From positions 1,364,001-1,428,000 of the forward strand of contig JABVCE010000005.1 of NCBI GenBank assembly GCA_014905635.1: DNA of 64,000 bases. The letters run 5' to 3'. The translations under genes were made by a program, and so were the position numbers. This DNA comes from Scenedesmus sp. PABB004. Lineage: Eukaryota. Below, in pieces: positions 46,131 to 59,076 of the stretch (positions within the stretch are counted from its first letter, which is position 1; each line of letters begins with the position of its first letter). Under the pieces are notes generated by a model that worked only from the letters and a program-made list of their open reading frames with translations, searched no databases and was not told where the DNA came from.

Positions 46131-48093
46131 ATGAGGCTGCTGCTGCTCGCGCTGCTGGCCGCCGGCGCCACGGTGCGCCGCCGGGCGCGCACGCCCGCCG
46201 CCGGCGCGTCGCACCCCGACCCTCACCCGCCCGCCCACCCCTCTGCCCGTCCGCAGGCGGCGCTGGCGCAGCCGGCGGCGAGGCCGGCCTCGGCCGACCC
46301 GGCGGGCAGCCTGCACGCCGCGCTCGCGGCCGCCGCGCCGCAGTTCCGCGCCCTGCTGGACGTCATCAGGCTCACCCCCGCCGCGGTGCCCAAGGCCGCC
46401 GTCGGCACCTTCTTCGCGCCCAGCGACGCGGTGCGGTGGCGGCGACCACCGCGGGCAGCGGCGCGCCCGCCGGTGATGCCCGCCAACGCCGGCCCCGCGC
46501 CGCCGCCGCGCCCGCGCAGGCCGTCGCGGCGTTCCTGGCGGGCATGGGCTTCAGCGCCAAGGACCTCGCGGCGCGGCCGCAGCTGGTGGACCTGATCGTG
46601 GCGTACCACTTTGTGCCGGGTGCGGCGGCGCCGCGGCGCGAGACCCAGGGCAGGCGCGCCCGCAGGGGCAATGGCCCCCGCCCCTCCCCGCGTGCAACAC
46701 CCGCCCGCCGCCGCGCGCCCCCGCCGCGCGCGCGCCGCCAGGCGTCCAGCTGACGGGCGCCGAGCGCTGGACGTCGCCCAAGCAGGCCGCGACGGGCGAC
46801 GACAACTATGTGCTGCGCCTCTCGCGCGGCGCGGGCGGGCGGCTGTCGGTCGGGGACGTGCAGGGCAACGTCGCGGCCGCGGCGGCGGCGCCCGTCAAGG
46901 CCGGGCGCGTGAGCGTGTTTGGCGTGGACCGCGTGCTCATGAGCGGTGCGGCTCATGGAGCGCGGGGCGGCGCTGGAGCGCGGGGCGGGCTCATATGGAG
47001 CGCGGGGCTCGCTCGCCCTCCCCCTCCCATGCGCTGGGTGCTCACGTGCACGTGCGCGCGCCGCTCGCGCGCCGTGCGCCGCCGCTGCAGGCAACTATTT
47101 CTTCAACGCCTCGTCCGCGCTGCGCCACTACCCCGCCTGGATCACGACCTCGGCGCTGCTGCAGGAGTCGGGTGCGGGCGCCGCGCTCGCGGCGGCGGGC
47201 GGCGACGGCGGCGCGTTCACGCTGTTCGTGCCGAGCGTCAAGGCCTGGAAGCCGGTCGAGCCGGGCCTGCGCCGCGCGGCGCCGGCCGAGCTGGCGTCGC
47301 TGCTGCGCTACCACGCGGTTGCCGGCGCGCGCCTCGTGCCGGGCGGCTTCAAGGACGGCCCGCTGTCCACGCTGCTGCCGGGGCACGCGCTGCGCGTGAG
47401 CGTCAACCCGCGGTGCGCGCCGCCGCCGCCACCGCCGCGGCGCTCCCACTTCGCGCAGTGCAGCGCCGCGCGAACGCTCACACCCGCCGTCCGCCGCCTC
47501 GTACCCCGCGCAGCGCGACGCAGCTCAGCGCGTACTCGGGGCTGCAGGAGCTGGAGCCGGAGGTGCTGCTCACGCCCGAGCTCGGCCGCGCGGCCAAGGT
47601 GCAGACCTTCAACATCTTTGCCGGCCACGCCATGCTGCACGGCATCAACCGCGTCCTGCGCCCCGCGCCCGCGCCGCCGGCGGCGGCCGCGCTCGCCGCG
47701 CCCGGCGCGGCCGCGCCGGCCGCGGTGACCGCCGAGGCGGCGCCCCGGCCGGCCGCCGCGGCGGGCGCGGCGCCGGCCAAGCCCGCGGCGCCGGCCAAGC
47801 CCGCGGCGCAGGCCGCGGCCGCGGCGCCGGCGCTGGCCGCCGGCCGCCGCCTGCGCGGCGCGCTCGCGGAGCAGCGCCTCGACGCGTCGCCGCTGGGGCG
47901 GGTGGTCGAGATCGGCGCGTATCAGACCAGCCCGGCGGGCGTGAGCACCGACAGGGCCGCGCGCGCGTTTGCCGCCGCCGCGGCGGGCGTCCCGCCGCCG
48001 GCGTACCGCACGCGCTACGGCGCGCTGCCGCCGCCGGCCGCGGCCGACGGCTGCCTCAACTGCCTGGAGTGGGCGGAGACGCGCGCGCCGTGA
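46131..48093 (+). CDS. Secreted fasciclin (two FAS1 domains) protein. Exons 46131-46172, 46257-46430, 46520-46619, 46742-46945, 47091-47412, 47514-48093
   Basis: Signal peptide MRLLLLALLAAGATAALA. FAS1 H1/YH/H2 motifs: TFFAPSDAAV..IVAYHFVPG..VFGVDRVL and FTLFVPSVKAW..LLRYHAVAG..LHGINRVL. Confidence 0.9.
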
Positions 48094-48114
48094 GGCTGTG
48101 AGGCGCGGGCGGGC

Positions 48115-48119
48115 TGTAA
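48115..48119 (+). promoter_or_regulatory. Putative TGTAA polyadenylation signal of the fasciclin gene
   Basis: TGTAA about 22 nt after the stop codon. Confidence 0.45.
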
Positions 48120-48919
48120 CGCGGCACCGCGTGCGCGAGCTGTCGGGTTATAGGGCGCCTGCAGCAGGCGAGAGCAGGGGAGTGCAGTCCGTCGCCGAGC
48201 TGCCGCCAAGGACAGCGCTCGGCGGCGCGTTGCGGTGCGCGTGGCCGGCACGCGTCGAGTGCCGCGCAGCAACGCAGTCAATCAATCCCCCAACTGGTCA
48301 GAGCCGCCGCTGGTAGCGGGGCCCGGTCACCCAGGTCGCGCGGCCGCCAGAGTGCTGCACACACCCCTGCCGCGTGGCAACCGCCGTGAACGCGCGCAAT
48401 CCCAGCGCCGCGAGCAGTGCGGCAGCCGCGTCAGCAACAGGGACGAAAAGGGACAAAGTTGCGCGGCCACAGGCGCGGGGGCGATGGTGCCGCGCCCAAA
48501 GGGCGCGCGCCGCCGCGGCGTTTGCGCCGCGCGGCGGCGGCCTGCCATCATCGCAGGCCGCGCGCAGCTGCCCGCTGCTCTTCTGGTCCCCCACCCCCAC
48601 CCCACCGCCCACAGCCGCACCACGCGCGCAATCTTGGGAGCTGCCGCACACGCCCGGCTGGCAGCCGCGCCGGCCGGCAGGGCACGCGCGGTCGGGCGCG
48701 CGCCTGGCGGGGCGGCGCCCCCGGCTGCTCGCCGCCGCCCGCCGCCTAGTTGAGCGGCCGCTGCGCGGAGACGAGACACAGATCAGTCTCCGCTAGTGCT
48801 GCTGCTGGAAACAAGAAGACCCGCCCGGCACCCACAGCGCAGCCCGCTCGCCCTGGCGCGCCGCAGACGCCCGGCGCCGCTGCGCCGGGCGCTGCCGCCG
48901 CGTGCGCGCTCTCCGCGCG

Positions 48920-50195
48920 TCACCCCTGCGTGGCGGGGCCGCTGCCGCCCGCCAGGTCCAGCCGGCTGCACACGCGCTGCGCGAGCTGCCGCAGCCACGA
49001 GCCGCGGCCCGCCTGCTTGCTGCCGCCGTGCGTCTGGCTGGCCGTCGGGGCGCTGGTCATCGACGCGCTGCGTGGCGCGGGGCGGCGGGCGGCGCGCGGG
49101 GTCGGCGGCGCCGCGCCACGCGCCGCGGCGCGCGCGGCGCCAGGCCAGCCGCGGGCGCGGCGCGTGCGGCGCGTGCGCACCAGTGCACCGCGGCATCAAA
49201 CGCGCAGAGGCCCTGCAGCTGCAGCTTGTCGCCCGTGCCGGGCGCGCGGCAGTGGAAGATGACCTGCGCGGGGGGGCGGCCGCGGCGGCTCGGCGGGGCC
49301 CCGGCGCGGCGGCGGCGCGGCGCCGCGCCGCGCCGCGCGCGGCGTCGGCCGGCCCGCCGCGGCTGCTGCTGGCCGCTAAGCCCTCACGTCAAAGTCCTGG
49401 TCCTCGGGCAGGCCGAGCATGCGGCGGATCTGGACCTCAAACTCCTTGGCGCCCTCGGGGCCGGGCTTGACCTGCACCTTGTGGGTCTTGCCGTTGAAGC
49501 TCACGCGCATGTAGGGCGCGACCTTGGCGCCGCTGCTCATGTGCGGCCGCCAGTCGGCCAGCGGGGTCGCGCAGAAGCGGCAGCTCGTCTCCTCCTGGCG
49601 CCCCGCGCTGTGCAGCTGCCACCTGCGGCGGCGGCACGCAGGCGCGGTCGGCCGCTCAGCCGGGTGCCGCACGCACGCCGCTGCTGAGGCGCCAGCCAGC
49701 CATGCTGCGGGGGTCGCGACCCCCGCGCCTCGGCCGCGGGGGTCGCGTCAGCCGGGCGCCGGCGCCCGGCCGCCGCGCGCCGCGGCGGCGGCGGCGGCGG
49801 CGTCGACGGCCGCGGTGCTGCCGGCCACGGGCCCCGCCCGGCTGGCCGGCACGGTACAGGCGCTGGCGGGCCCCCCGGAAGCGGCGGCGGGGCGCCAGGG
49901 TCGCGATGCCGAGGCCCCGGCATGCCCGAGCCCGGCGGCGCGGCGCTGGGGCCCCCGCGGCCGATCGCGGCGCGTCAGCGCGCGGATCGCGGCCGCCCGC
50001 GCCCCTCGGTGCCCGCCCGACACTCCGGCGAGGGCTGGCGGGGGAGCTGTTGCCGCCGCTGGGCCCGCACCTCGCCAGGCACGCCTGGTGGACCTTGCGC
50101 GGGCAGTTGCACACGCTCGCGATGTCGCCGCCCTCGAGGCATATCCAGCACACCTCGTCCGCCGTGTCGGCCGTCGCACAGGGGTCGAGCTCCAT
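48920..50195 (-). CDS. RING-variant (RING-CH, C4HC3-like) zinc-finger protein. Exons 50195-50071, 49622-49388, 49263-49181, 49067-48920
   Basis: CWICLEG..VCNCPRKVHQACLARWQLHSAGRQEETSCRFC. Canonical, phase-compatible junctions. Confidence 0.9.
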
Positions 50196-50977
50196 GCCGC
50201 TGGAGCAGCAACGACCGCGGCGAGGAGGTCCCGGCGGCCCGGCGCGCGGAGATCGGCGCGTGAATGGCGACTGCACGCGTGACGCCGCGCGGCGCGGTCG
50301 CGGGCAGGCCGATGGGCGGCGGCGCGGCGACTGTTGAATGGGGTTCGGCGGCCGACGCTCACACAACGGGCGGGCGCAGCAACGAGAGGGCCGGGGAATG
50401 CTGGAGGGGTGGGGGGCTGTGCCAGCCTTGCGGCGGGCGGCGCGGCGAGCCGCTCATCGCCGCCGGCGGCGGCCAGCCTGGCGGGCGGCGTCAACCCCGG
50501 CGGGCCGGCGACCACTACCACACCTCCCGCGTGGCCTGCCGGGCCGCGTGGCTTCGCAGCAGGGCCTGACTGCAAGGCGCGGAGCACCCGGCGCCCCCGC
50601 CCGCGCTGGTCGCCGCCCGACCGCCGCGCGCGCGAGCGGGGCCCGGCGCCCGGCGGCGCGCCCACATTCGCTGCGCGGGTGCGGGATGCTTCGATGAGGC
50701 CGTCGGGGGGACTGCCTGGTCGAAGGGCGGCCTGGTTGAGCGGCGCCGGGGCTCTCGCGGCGGGGCTCTCGAGCTAGCCGGCTCGCGCACAGCACCGCGC
50801 GCGCCTGGCTGGCCCGCCCGGTCGCACTGCGCACGCAGCGCAGCGCTCCCCGCGAGCTTGCTGGCTGGCGCGCCTGGCACACACCGCTCCGCGCCAGGCT
50901 GCTGCGGCACCGCTCGCGCCGCGCCGGCCGCGCCGGCCGCATGGCCCGCGCGTAGGGCGTGGCGGCATCCCAACTCA

Positions 50978-53900
50978 ATGAACGCGATGGAGGAGGAGCC
51001 GCGAGCGCTGCCGCTGGACGTCGTCCAGGCGCGTCCCGCGCGGCCGCGCGTGCGCGCGCTGGGGGCCGGCGCTGCGCACGGCGAGGCGCGCGAACCACCA
51101 AGCATCCGGTCAGAGGTCTCCGCCAGCGCCGGCGCAGCTGGTGGCCGCCCGGGCGGCGCGCGCGGGCGGGGCCGGCTGGAGGATGGCCGCGGAGGGCTGC
51201 CGGCGAGCGCGCGGGCGTCGCGCGCCTCTGGCGCCGCGGGCCGAGTTTCCTCAGGGGGGCCACGGAGCAGCTGGCGATCGCCGGCCACCTCGCCCGGGCG
51301 GCCCACGCGCCGGCCGCTGCCGCCCGCCGCCGCCCGCCCGCGCGCCTCTGCAGATCGTGCTGGGCTATGTGGCGGACACCAAGTCAGTCGCGGCCGCCCG
51401 TCAGGCCTGCCGGTCGTGGCGCACCGCGGCCGCGGCGGCGGCGTGCACGCTGCGCGTGGCGCTGCCGCCGGGCGGCGCCGACATGCGCGCCAAGCTCGCG
51501 CTGCTGCTCGAGGTGCGGCGCCCGCGCGATGGCGGCCGCGGCGCCGCGCGGGCGCATGGCAGCGGTGTCGGCGCATGGCGGCGGCACCGGCGCGGCCGAC
51601 CCGACCGCCCGCTCCGCGCCGCGCCGCGCCGCGCCGCACCGCGCTGCGCGGCGTGCCGCCGCAGCTGATGCCGGGCGCCGCCGGCGCGCACGTCGCGGTC
51701 GGCGGCGGCGCCGAGCCCGGCTACGCCGCGGCCGCGCTCGCCGCGCTCGCGGGCTTCACTGGCCTGCGCTCGCTGGAGCTGGCGTTCGCGGACAGCCACG
51801 AGCTCGCGTCGCCCGACGTCGCCGCGCTCGCGGCGCTCGGCAGGCTGACGGCGCTGCGGCTGGCCAACGCGTCGCTGCCGGTGGGCGTCGACGCGGCGCC
51901 GCTGGGCGCGCTGAGCGGCCTGTCCGAGCTGAGCCTGGTGCACCACAGCAAGGTGTCGGCGCTCCTCGTCGGCGACGCGCACCTGCAGGCGCTCGGCGCG
52001 CTGACGGGGCTGCGCAGCCTCGTGCTGCACGGCCGCATGTGCTCCGCGACGGACGAGGGCCTGCTCGCGCTCAGCAGCCTGACCGGCCTCGCGAGCCTCT
52101 CCATCAGCTGGGTGCCCTGGCAGAGCCAGATCACGCAGCGCGCGGCGCTGGCGCTGCTCGCGGGCATGAGCCGGCTCACGTCGCTCCAGCTCGGCGGCGC
52201 GGAGCTGCTGCTCCCGAGCACGCCCTACTTTGCCGCCGGCGGCGGCCCGCCCGCGCCGGCGCCCGCGCCGGCGCCCGCGGCGGCGGGGGCGCCGCCCGCG
52301 GCCGGCCTGGGCATCATGGGCGCGGCGCAGGGCGGGCTCATCGCGGCGGCGGTCGCCGCGGTCGCGCGCGCCGACGGCGGCGACGGCGACCGCGGCGGCG
52401 CGCCGTGCGCGCTGCAGGGCGAGGCGATGCGCAGCGTGCTCGCGGCCAAGGCGGAGGAGCTGGAGGTCTTCAAGCTCCAGTTCAACTGCTGCGGCACGGG
52501 CGTGGAGAAGGTGCGGCGGGGCGGCGGGGCGGCGGCGCCTGTGTGGGACGGAGCCAGGCGGCGCGGGGCGCCTCGCCACACCTCACACACCGCCTCACCC
52601 ACACCCCCGCCGCGGCTCGCCAGGCGCTGCTCTCGCTTGGCGACGTGCGCCGGCGGCTCACGGGGCTGCAGTGGAGCTACGCGAAGCTGTCGGGGCCGTC
52701 GAGCGTGGGCCTGCTGTCGGGCTGCACCTCGCTGCGCAGCCTGAAGCTGCGGCTCTGGTACCAGGACTACAACCTCGCGCCCTTTGAGTTCCGGCTGACC
52801 GACCTGTCGCCCCTCGTGCACCTGCGCACGCTCGTCATCGACAAGCGCCCGCCCTTCCAGCAGCAGCTCCCCGCACAGCAGGCCGCGATCGGCGTGCCGC
52901 TCTCCGCGGCGGCGCTGCGCGCGCTCTCGCGCGCGTGGCCGGGGCTCGAGAAGCTGCAGCTCGGCCTCGCGCGGTCTGACTTTGGCTACGCGCCGCTTGA
53001 GGGCCTGGCGGGCTTCTCGTCGCTGCGCAGCCTCAGCGTGCACTGCTACGACCAGGGCTACGACGACGGGCACTACATGCTGCCGCTCGACGTCGCCGCG
53101 CTGCCGCCCGGCCTGGTCAAGCTCGACCTCATGCACGCCGAGCTCTTCAGCTCCGCCGCGCCGCCGCCGCCGCCCGCGCCCGCGGCGGCGGCGGCGGCGG
53201 GCGCGTCGGCGGCCGTGGCGCGCGGCCGCGGCGCGGCGGCGAGCGCGGGCGGCGCGCCGCCGGGCAGCGGCGGGCTGCGCAGCTGCGGGAGCGGCGCGGC
53301 GCCGCCGCGCGGCTGCGCCAGCGCGGGCGGCGCGCCGCCGGCGCCGCCCCTGGGCGGCGCGGCCAGCGGCGCCGCCGGAGGCGCCGCCGGCGAGGGCAGC
53401 AGCGGCGGCGGCGGGCGCGCGTTTGGCGCGGCGAGCGCGTTCACGAGCATGCTGAGCGAGAGCTTCAGCCTGCTCAGCCGCCAGGCGAGCGCGGAGTGCA
53501 GCGCGGCGTACCTCGACCGCCTGCTCGCGGCCGCCTCCCCGCCGGAGGGCGGCGCGAGCTCGAGCGGCGGCGGCGGCGGCGGCGCCGCGCCGCAGGCGCC
53601 GGCGGCCGCGCCGGCGCTGGGCGGCAGCGTGCCGGCCGGCGGCGGCTCGCCGCCGCCGAGCGCGGGCGGGCCGCTGCTCGTGTCGGCGTCGTCGCTGACC
53701 GTGATTGCCAACGTGCCCGGCGACGGCCCGCCGCCGGGCAGCAGCGGCGGCTGGCTGCACGACCTGGTGCTCAGCAGCGAGGGCGAGACGAGCAGCGGCA
53801 GCAGCAGCCCCCGCGGCGGCGGGCCCGGGCACCACCTCATCGTCACCATCCCCACCGGCAGCCCGCCGCGCGACGGCGGGTCGCCGGCGGCGAGCCCGCC

Positions 53901-55180
53901 GGCGATCGGCGGGCCCGGCAGCGCGAGCGGGCTGGGCCGCTCGGCGTCGCTGCCGCCGCTGCCGCGCGCGGCGTCGCTCACGCTGCCGGGCAAGGCGCCG
54001 CCCGGGTGCGCGGTCGGCAGCCTCGGCGCGGCGGCGGCGCGGCCGGCGCTCGAGCGCGGCGGCCCGGCGGCGCCGCCCGGCCAGCTGTGCGCCCCGGCGG
54101 CGGCGCCCGCGGCGCCCGCGGCGCCCGCGGCCGGCGTGCCGCGGCGGCAGAACCCCTTTGCGGCGGCCGGCGCGGCCGCGGCGGTGCACGCCGCCGTCGG
54201 CGGCTGCGTCGCGGCGGTCGACCCGCACAGCGCGGAGGCCGTCGCCGCCGCCGCGGCGGCGGGCCGTTGGCGGGGGAGCTGCCGGGCCTGCCCGGCAGCG
54301 GCGCCGCGGCGCCCGGCGCGGCGGCGGCGCGCGCGCAGGTGGCCGAGTATGCTCGCTACACCTATGGCAACACCGGCAGCCTCAGCATGAGCCTGTCGAT
54401 GAACCTCTCGATGGCCTTTGGCGGCCGCGCGCCGCCGGCCAAGGGCGGCGCCCCGCGCGCCGCCGACGCGGCCGCTGCGCCGCCGCGGCCCGCGGCGACG
54501 CTGCCCGCGCTGCAGCACCTGCAGCTCAAGCACTGCGCGCTCGACGGGCTGGCCATGGACGAGCTCATCTCAGCGCCAGAGGTGCGCGCGCTGGGCCGGC
54601 CGCCGCCGCGGCACCGCTGCGCCGGGCGGGCGGCCGGGCCGGCCGCCTGGTGCGTTGCACCCTCTCTGCCGCCCCCTCGCCTGACACCCGCCCACCCCTG
54701 TCTCCCCGCCCCCGCCGCGCCGCGCAGGAGCTGCGCTCGCTGCAGCTGGTCGAGGTGTCGGGCCTCGCGCCGCGCGACGTCGCGGTCATGCCGTCGCTGC
54801 GGTGCCTGACGCGCCTCACGCTCATCGCGGCGCGCGAGGACGCGTGGCTCGGGCTCGCGCCGCTGCGCCTGCTCGCGCGGCTGCCGGAGCTGCGCCACCT
54901 CGACTGGGTCGTCAGCGAGCGCGCGCTGCCGGCGCGGCACAAGGCGACCGACCTCACCGCGCTCGCGGGCTTCCCGCGCCTGCAGGTCGTCACGCTGCAC
55001 ACCGTGCTCGGCAAGTGCGAGCAGCTGCACGCGGTCAGCGGGCAGCTGCGGCGGGGGTGCCACGTGCGGCTCATGGCGCCGGCATACTGTGAGCACGCGG
55101 CGCGGCGCCCCGGGTCGCGCATCAGCCGCCTGCTCGGCGCGGCGAGCTGCCTCATCCCCGGCACCAGCCACGCGCACTAG
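50978..55180 (+). CDS. F-box/leucine-rich-repeat protein with a long low-complexity insertion
   Basis: F-box LPLDVVQ|IVLGYVADTKSVAAARQACRSWR is formed across a GC-AG intron (51029-51353). Many LxxLxxLxL repeats (FTGLRSLEL, LTGLRSLVL, CTSLRSLKL, FSSLRSLSV, LPELRHLDW). Confidence 0.85.
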
Positions 55181-55640
55181 CAGGCGGTCGGCGGGGGGTC
55201 GCGCCGGCGTTGTGTTGACGTCGAGTTTTCGTGGGCGTGCGCGCGCGCACACGCGCAGCGCGCCGGTCGTGGCGCGCGCTGAGAGCTAATATACAAATGA
55301 ACGTGAGAGCTTGTGACCACGCCACACTGTTGTGTGTTCTGCACATGTCGCGCCGCCGACCGGGCCCGACTGCGCCCCGGGGGCCCGCGGCTCGGCCTCC
55401 TCCCGACAGCGCCGCCGCCTCCTCGGCCTTCACCACCAGCTGCCTCAGCAGCTCCGCGACGTCTCCTCGTCCCCATCGCGGCCTCGCTCGTGCGCAGCGC
55501 GGCAGCTGGCGGCGCAGGCAGGAAGAACCGCGCCAAAGCTGCTCGAGGCGCCCGCCGCGCCCCTCCCGGGCGCCCATTGCGCTCCTCACTCTGCCGCCGC
55601 AGCACCAGCGCGAACGTTGCCCACGCCGCGCCCGCGCCTG

Positions 55641-55672
<32 letters not shown>

Positions 55673-55673
<1 letters not shown>

Positions 55674-56313
55674 TGCGCGCTCTCCAGCGGCACCGCTCGG
55701 CGCTCGCCGCCGGCGCGGCCCGCAGCCAGGCTCTTCCCGCCGGCAGGCTGCACGCGACGACGACGCGGCGGCAAGCGGCGCAGCAGACGCAGCTGCAGAC
55801 GCGCCGGCCGGCGGCGGCGCGGCAGCAGCGGCGGCGAGGCCTGCTGGCACGCGTCGCGGCGGGTGCGGGGCCCGCGCGCCGCCGCCGCCGCCGCCGCCGC
55901 CTCTGCGGCAGCACCATGGGGCCTCAACGAGCTCACGCCGCCCGCCGCGCGGCGCGCAGGCCCGCCGGAGCAGCAGCAGCAGGCCGGCGCCGACGGCCGC
56001 GGCGCCGCGGCCGACTCGGACGCCGTCTTTGTCGCCAAGCTCGTGGCGGCGTCGTTCGCGGGTGCGCCGCCGCGCCGCGCCACGCCGCGCCGCGAGCGCG
56101 AGCGCGAGAGCGCAGCCGCCGACGCCGGCCGCCGCGCGCGCTGCGCCTCCGCCGCTGTGCGCAGGCGCCGCGGCGATCAAGTACGGCAGCCTGCTGTTCG
56201 ACCTCCCCTTCTCCGCCGACAGCGGCGTGGCGCTCGCGCTCGTGCTCGGCACGCCGGCGCTGTTCTCGGTTTACCTGCTCGCCGTGTCGCAGCAGCAGCA
56301 GCAGCAACGGTGA
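55673..56313 (+). CDS. Small plastid-targeted two-TM protein of a green-lineage/cyanobacterial type. Exons 55673-55862, 55960-56061, 56165-56313
   Basis: Transit-like N-terminus, then FVAKLVAASFAGAAAIKYGSLLF..VALALVLGTPALFSVYLL (IKYG motif with two hydrophobic helices). Confidence 0.75.
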
Positions 56314-56525
56314 CGTCGGGCGGCGGGCCGCGAGTCCCGGGGCGGTTCAGGCGCGGCGGCTCAAGTGAGCCGCCGCAGCCGCGAGTGGCGTGCGTGGGCC
56401 TGGAGGTGCTGGGTAATCGCCCGGCGTCCTCCGAGCAGCGCGCCGCGGGGAGCCGCGCCGGCAGCGGCAGCAGCCCTCGCTCGCTGTCCGCGCGCCGCCG
56501 GCCGCGCGCCGGGCAGGCCCGTGCC

Positions 56526-59076
56526 ATGGCTGAGCAGCAGCGCCTGCTCATTCTGTATGGCTCGCAGACTGGCAACGCGCAGGTGGGGGCAGGGAGCAGG
56601 CGCGCCGCCATCGTCGCGCCGCTGCCGCCGCCGCCAGCCGGGGCAGCGCAGCCCCACGTCTTCGGCGCTCTCGCTTAGCTACACCCGCGTTGCACCCGGG
56701 GCGCCGCCCGTGCAGGACGTGGCGGAGCGCGTCGCGCGGGAGGCGCGGCTGCTGCTCTGGGCGCCGGCGGTCATGCCCATGGACGCCTACCCGCTGCCCC
56801 AGCTGCCCCAGGAGCGCCTGGTGGTGCTGGTGACGTCCACCACGGGCCAGGTGCGCCCTGCGGGGGTCGGCGGAGCCCCGCGCGCCGCGCGCGGCGTGGC
56901 CGCCGACCTGCGCCGCGCGGCGCACCCACAGGGTGACCCGCCGGACAACATGCGGCGCTTCTGGCGGGCGCTGCTGCGCAAGAGCCTGCCGCCGACCGCG
57001 CTCGCGGGCATGGGCTTTGCCGTGTTTGGGCTCGGGGACTCTGGCTACGTCAAGTTCAACGTACGGCGCGCAGCGCGCGGCACGCAGCAGCGCGGCACGC
57101 AGCAGCGCGCGGCACGCAGCAGCGCGGCGCAGCTTGCGGCGAGCTGCGGCGCCCCTGACGCGCGGTGGCGCGGCGCAGGTGGCCGCCAAGAAGCTGGACC
57201 GCCGGCTCGCGGCACTGGGCGCGACGCCGCTGCTGGAGCGGGGCCTGGGCGACGACCAGGTGGGGCGGGGTGGGGGCTGGCCGCGCGCCTCCTGGGCAGC
57301 CGCAGCAGCAGCCCGCGTGACGGGCCGCCGCCGTCCCGTGCCGTCCCGCGCAGCATCCGTCCGGTTATGAGGCGACGCTCGACCCCTGGCTGCAGAAGCT
57401 GTGGGCCGTGCTGCGCCAGCACTGCCCGCTGCCGCCGGGCGTCGCGGAGGTGCGCACGGGCGCCGGCTTCGGCGCGGCGCGGCTGCGGCGCGGCCGCCCC
57501 GACCACCCCGCTCACGCGCGCGGTCCCCCGCCCGGGCGCGCCGCGCTCCCCGCGCAGCCGGCGCTGGACGAGGCGGCGATGCTGCAGCTGGGGCCGCCAA
57601 AGTTTGCGGTCACCTGGCTGCCGGGGCCGCCGCCGTGGGCGGCCGCCGCCGCGGCGCAGGCGCGCGCCGCGCTGGACGCGCTGCCGCGCGGCAGCGCCGA
57701 CGCGGCGCGGCTGGCGGAGCAGCAGCTGGTGGAGCGCGCGGTGGCCGCGGCCGGCGCGTTCCGGGCGGTCGCGGCCGCGGCCGCCGGCATGGCGCCGGCG
57801 GCCGCCGCCGCCGCGAACGGGCAGGCCGCGCCGGCGGCCGCGCACGGGCCCTGGTCACCGTTCATGGCGCCGCTGCTGGTCAACCGCCGCGTGACGAGCC
57901 CCGCCCACTTCCAGGACACGCGGCACGTTGAGCTCGACCTGGCCGGCTCGGGGCTGCGTGAGTATGAGCCTGGCGACCTGCTGGCCATCTTCCCCCGCAC
58001 GCCGGCGGCCGACGTCGAGGTGCGCGGCGCGCGCTGCGTGCGGCCCGCCCTGCCTCCGCCGCCGGCGCCGCCCGCGCCGCACACAGCGCGCGCGCGGGCG
58101 CCGCCGCGCCGCAGGCCGCCCTGGCGCGGCTGGGGCTCGACGGCGACGCCTGGGTGCGCATCGAGGCGGCGGGGCAGCAGCAGGACGCGGGCGGCGCCGG
58201 CGGCGGGCCGGTGTGCGAGGCGACCGTGCGCGCAGTCGTGCAGGTGCGTGGCGGCGCGTGCGCGCTGGGACGCACGGCGGCGCGCCGCCGGCCCGCCCGC
58301 TGCCCGCGACGCCGCGGCGGCCCGCGCTCGTGTCAACGCCGCGTGCCGCCGCCGCCGCGCAGGGCGTGCTGGACGTGAGCGGCGCGTCGCCGCGGCGCTA
58401 CCTGTTCCAGGTGTTGAGCCACTTTGCCGGCAGCGCGCTGCACCGCGAGCGCCTGCAGTACTTTGCAACCGCGGAGGGCCGCGACGAGCTGTACACGTGC
58501 GCGGCGCCGGCGCGCGGGCCTGGCGACGCAGCCGCCGCGGCGCGCAGGGGCGCCCCTCGCCGCCGCGCGCCGCCCCACGCCGCCGCACGCCGCTGCCGCC
58601 CGCAGGTACAACCAGCGCGAGCGCCGCAGCCTGCTGGAGGTGCTGCAGGACTTTAGCAGCGCGGCGCCGCCGCTCGACCGCCTGCTCGAGGCGGCGCCGC
58701 TGCTCGCGCCGCGCCAGTTCTCGCTCGCGTCGGCCGCGAGCGCGCACCCGGGGCGCGCCGCGGTGCTGATGGCGGTGGTCTTGTGGGCCACGCCCACGCG
58801 GCGCGCGCGGCGGGGGCTGCTCACGTCGTGGCTCGCCGGCGTCGCGCCCGCGCCGCCCGGTGCGGCGGTGCCGGTGCGCGTGCCGGTGTGGACCGAGCGC
58901 GGCGCGCTGCGGCTGCCGCCGTCGCCGGCGACGCCGCTGCTGCTGGTGGGCCCGGGCACGGGCGTGGCGCCGTTCCGGTCGTTCCTCTGGCACCGTGCCG
59001 CGGCGGCGGCGGCAGCGGCGGCGGCGCAGCGGCCGCAGGTCGGCGCGGACGCGGCCGGAGCGCAGCAGCCGGGCGG

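Noticed and set aside
51029..51353. Long first intron of the F-box gene as a snoRNA or MITE host
   Set aside because: I could not identify convincing C/D or H/ACA boxes or terminal inverted repeats by eye.
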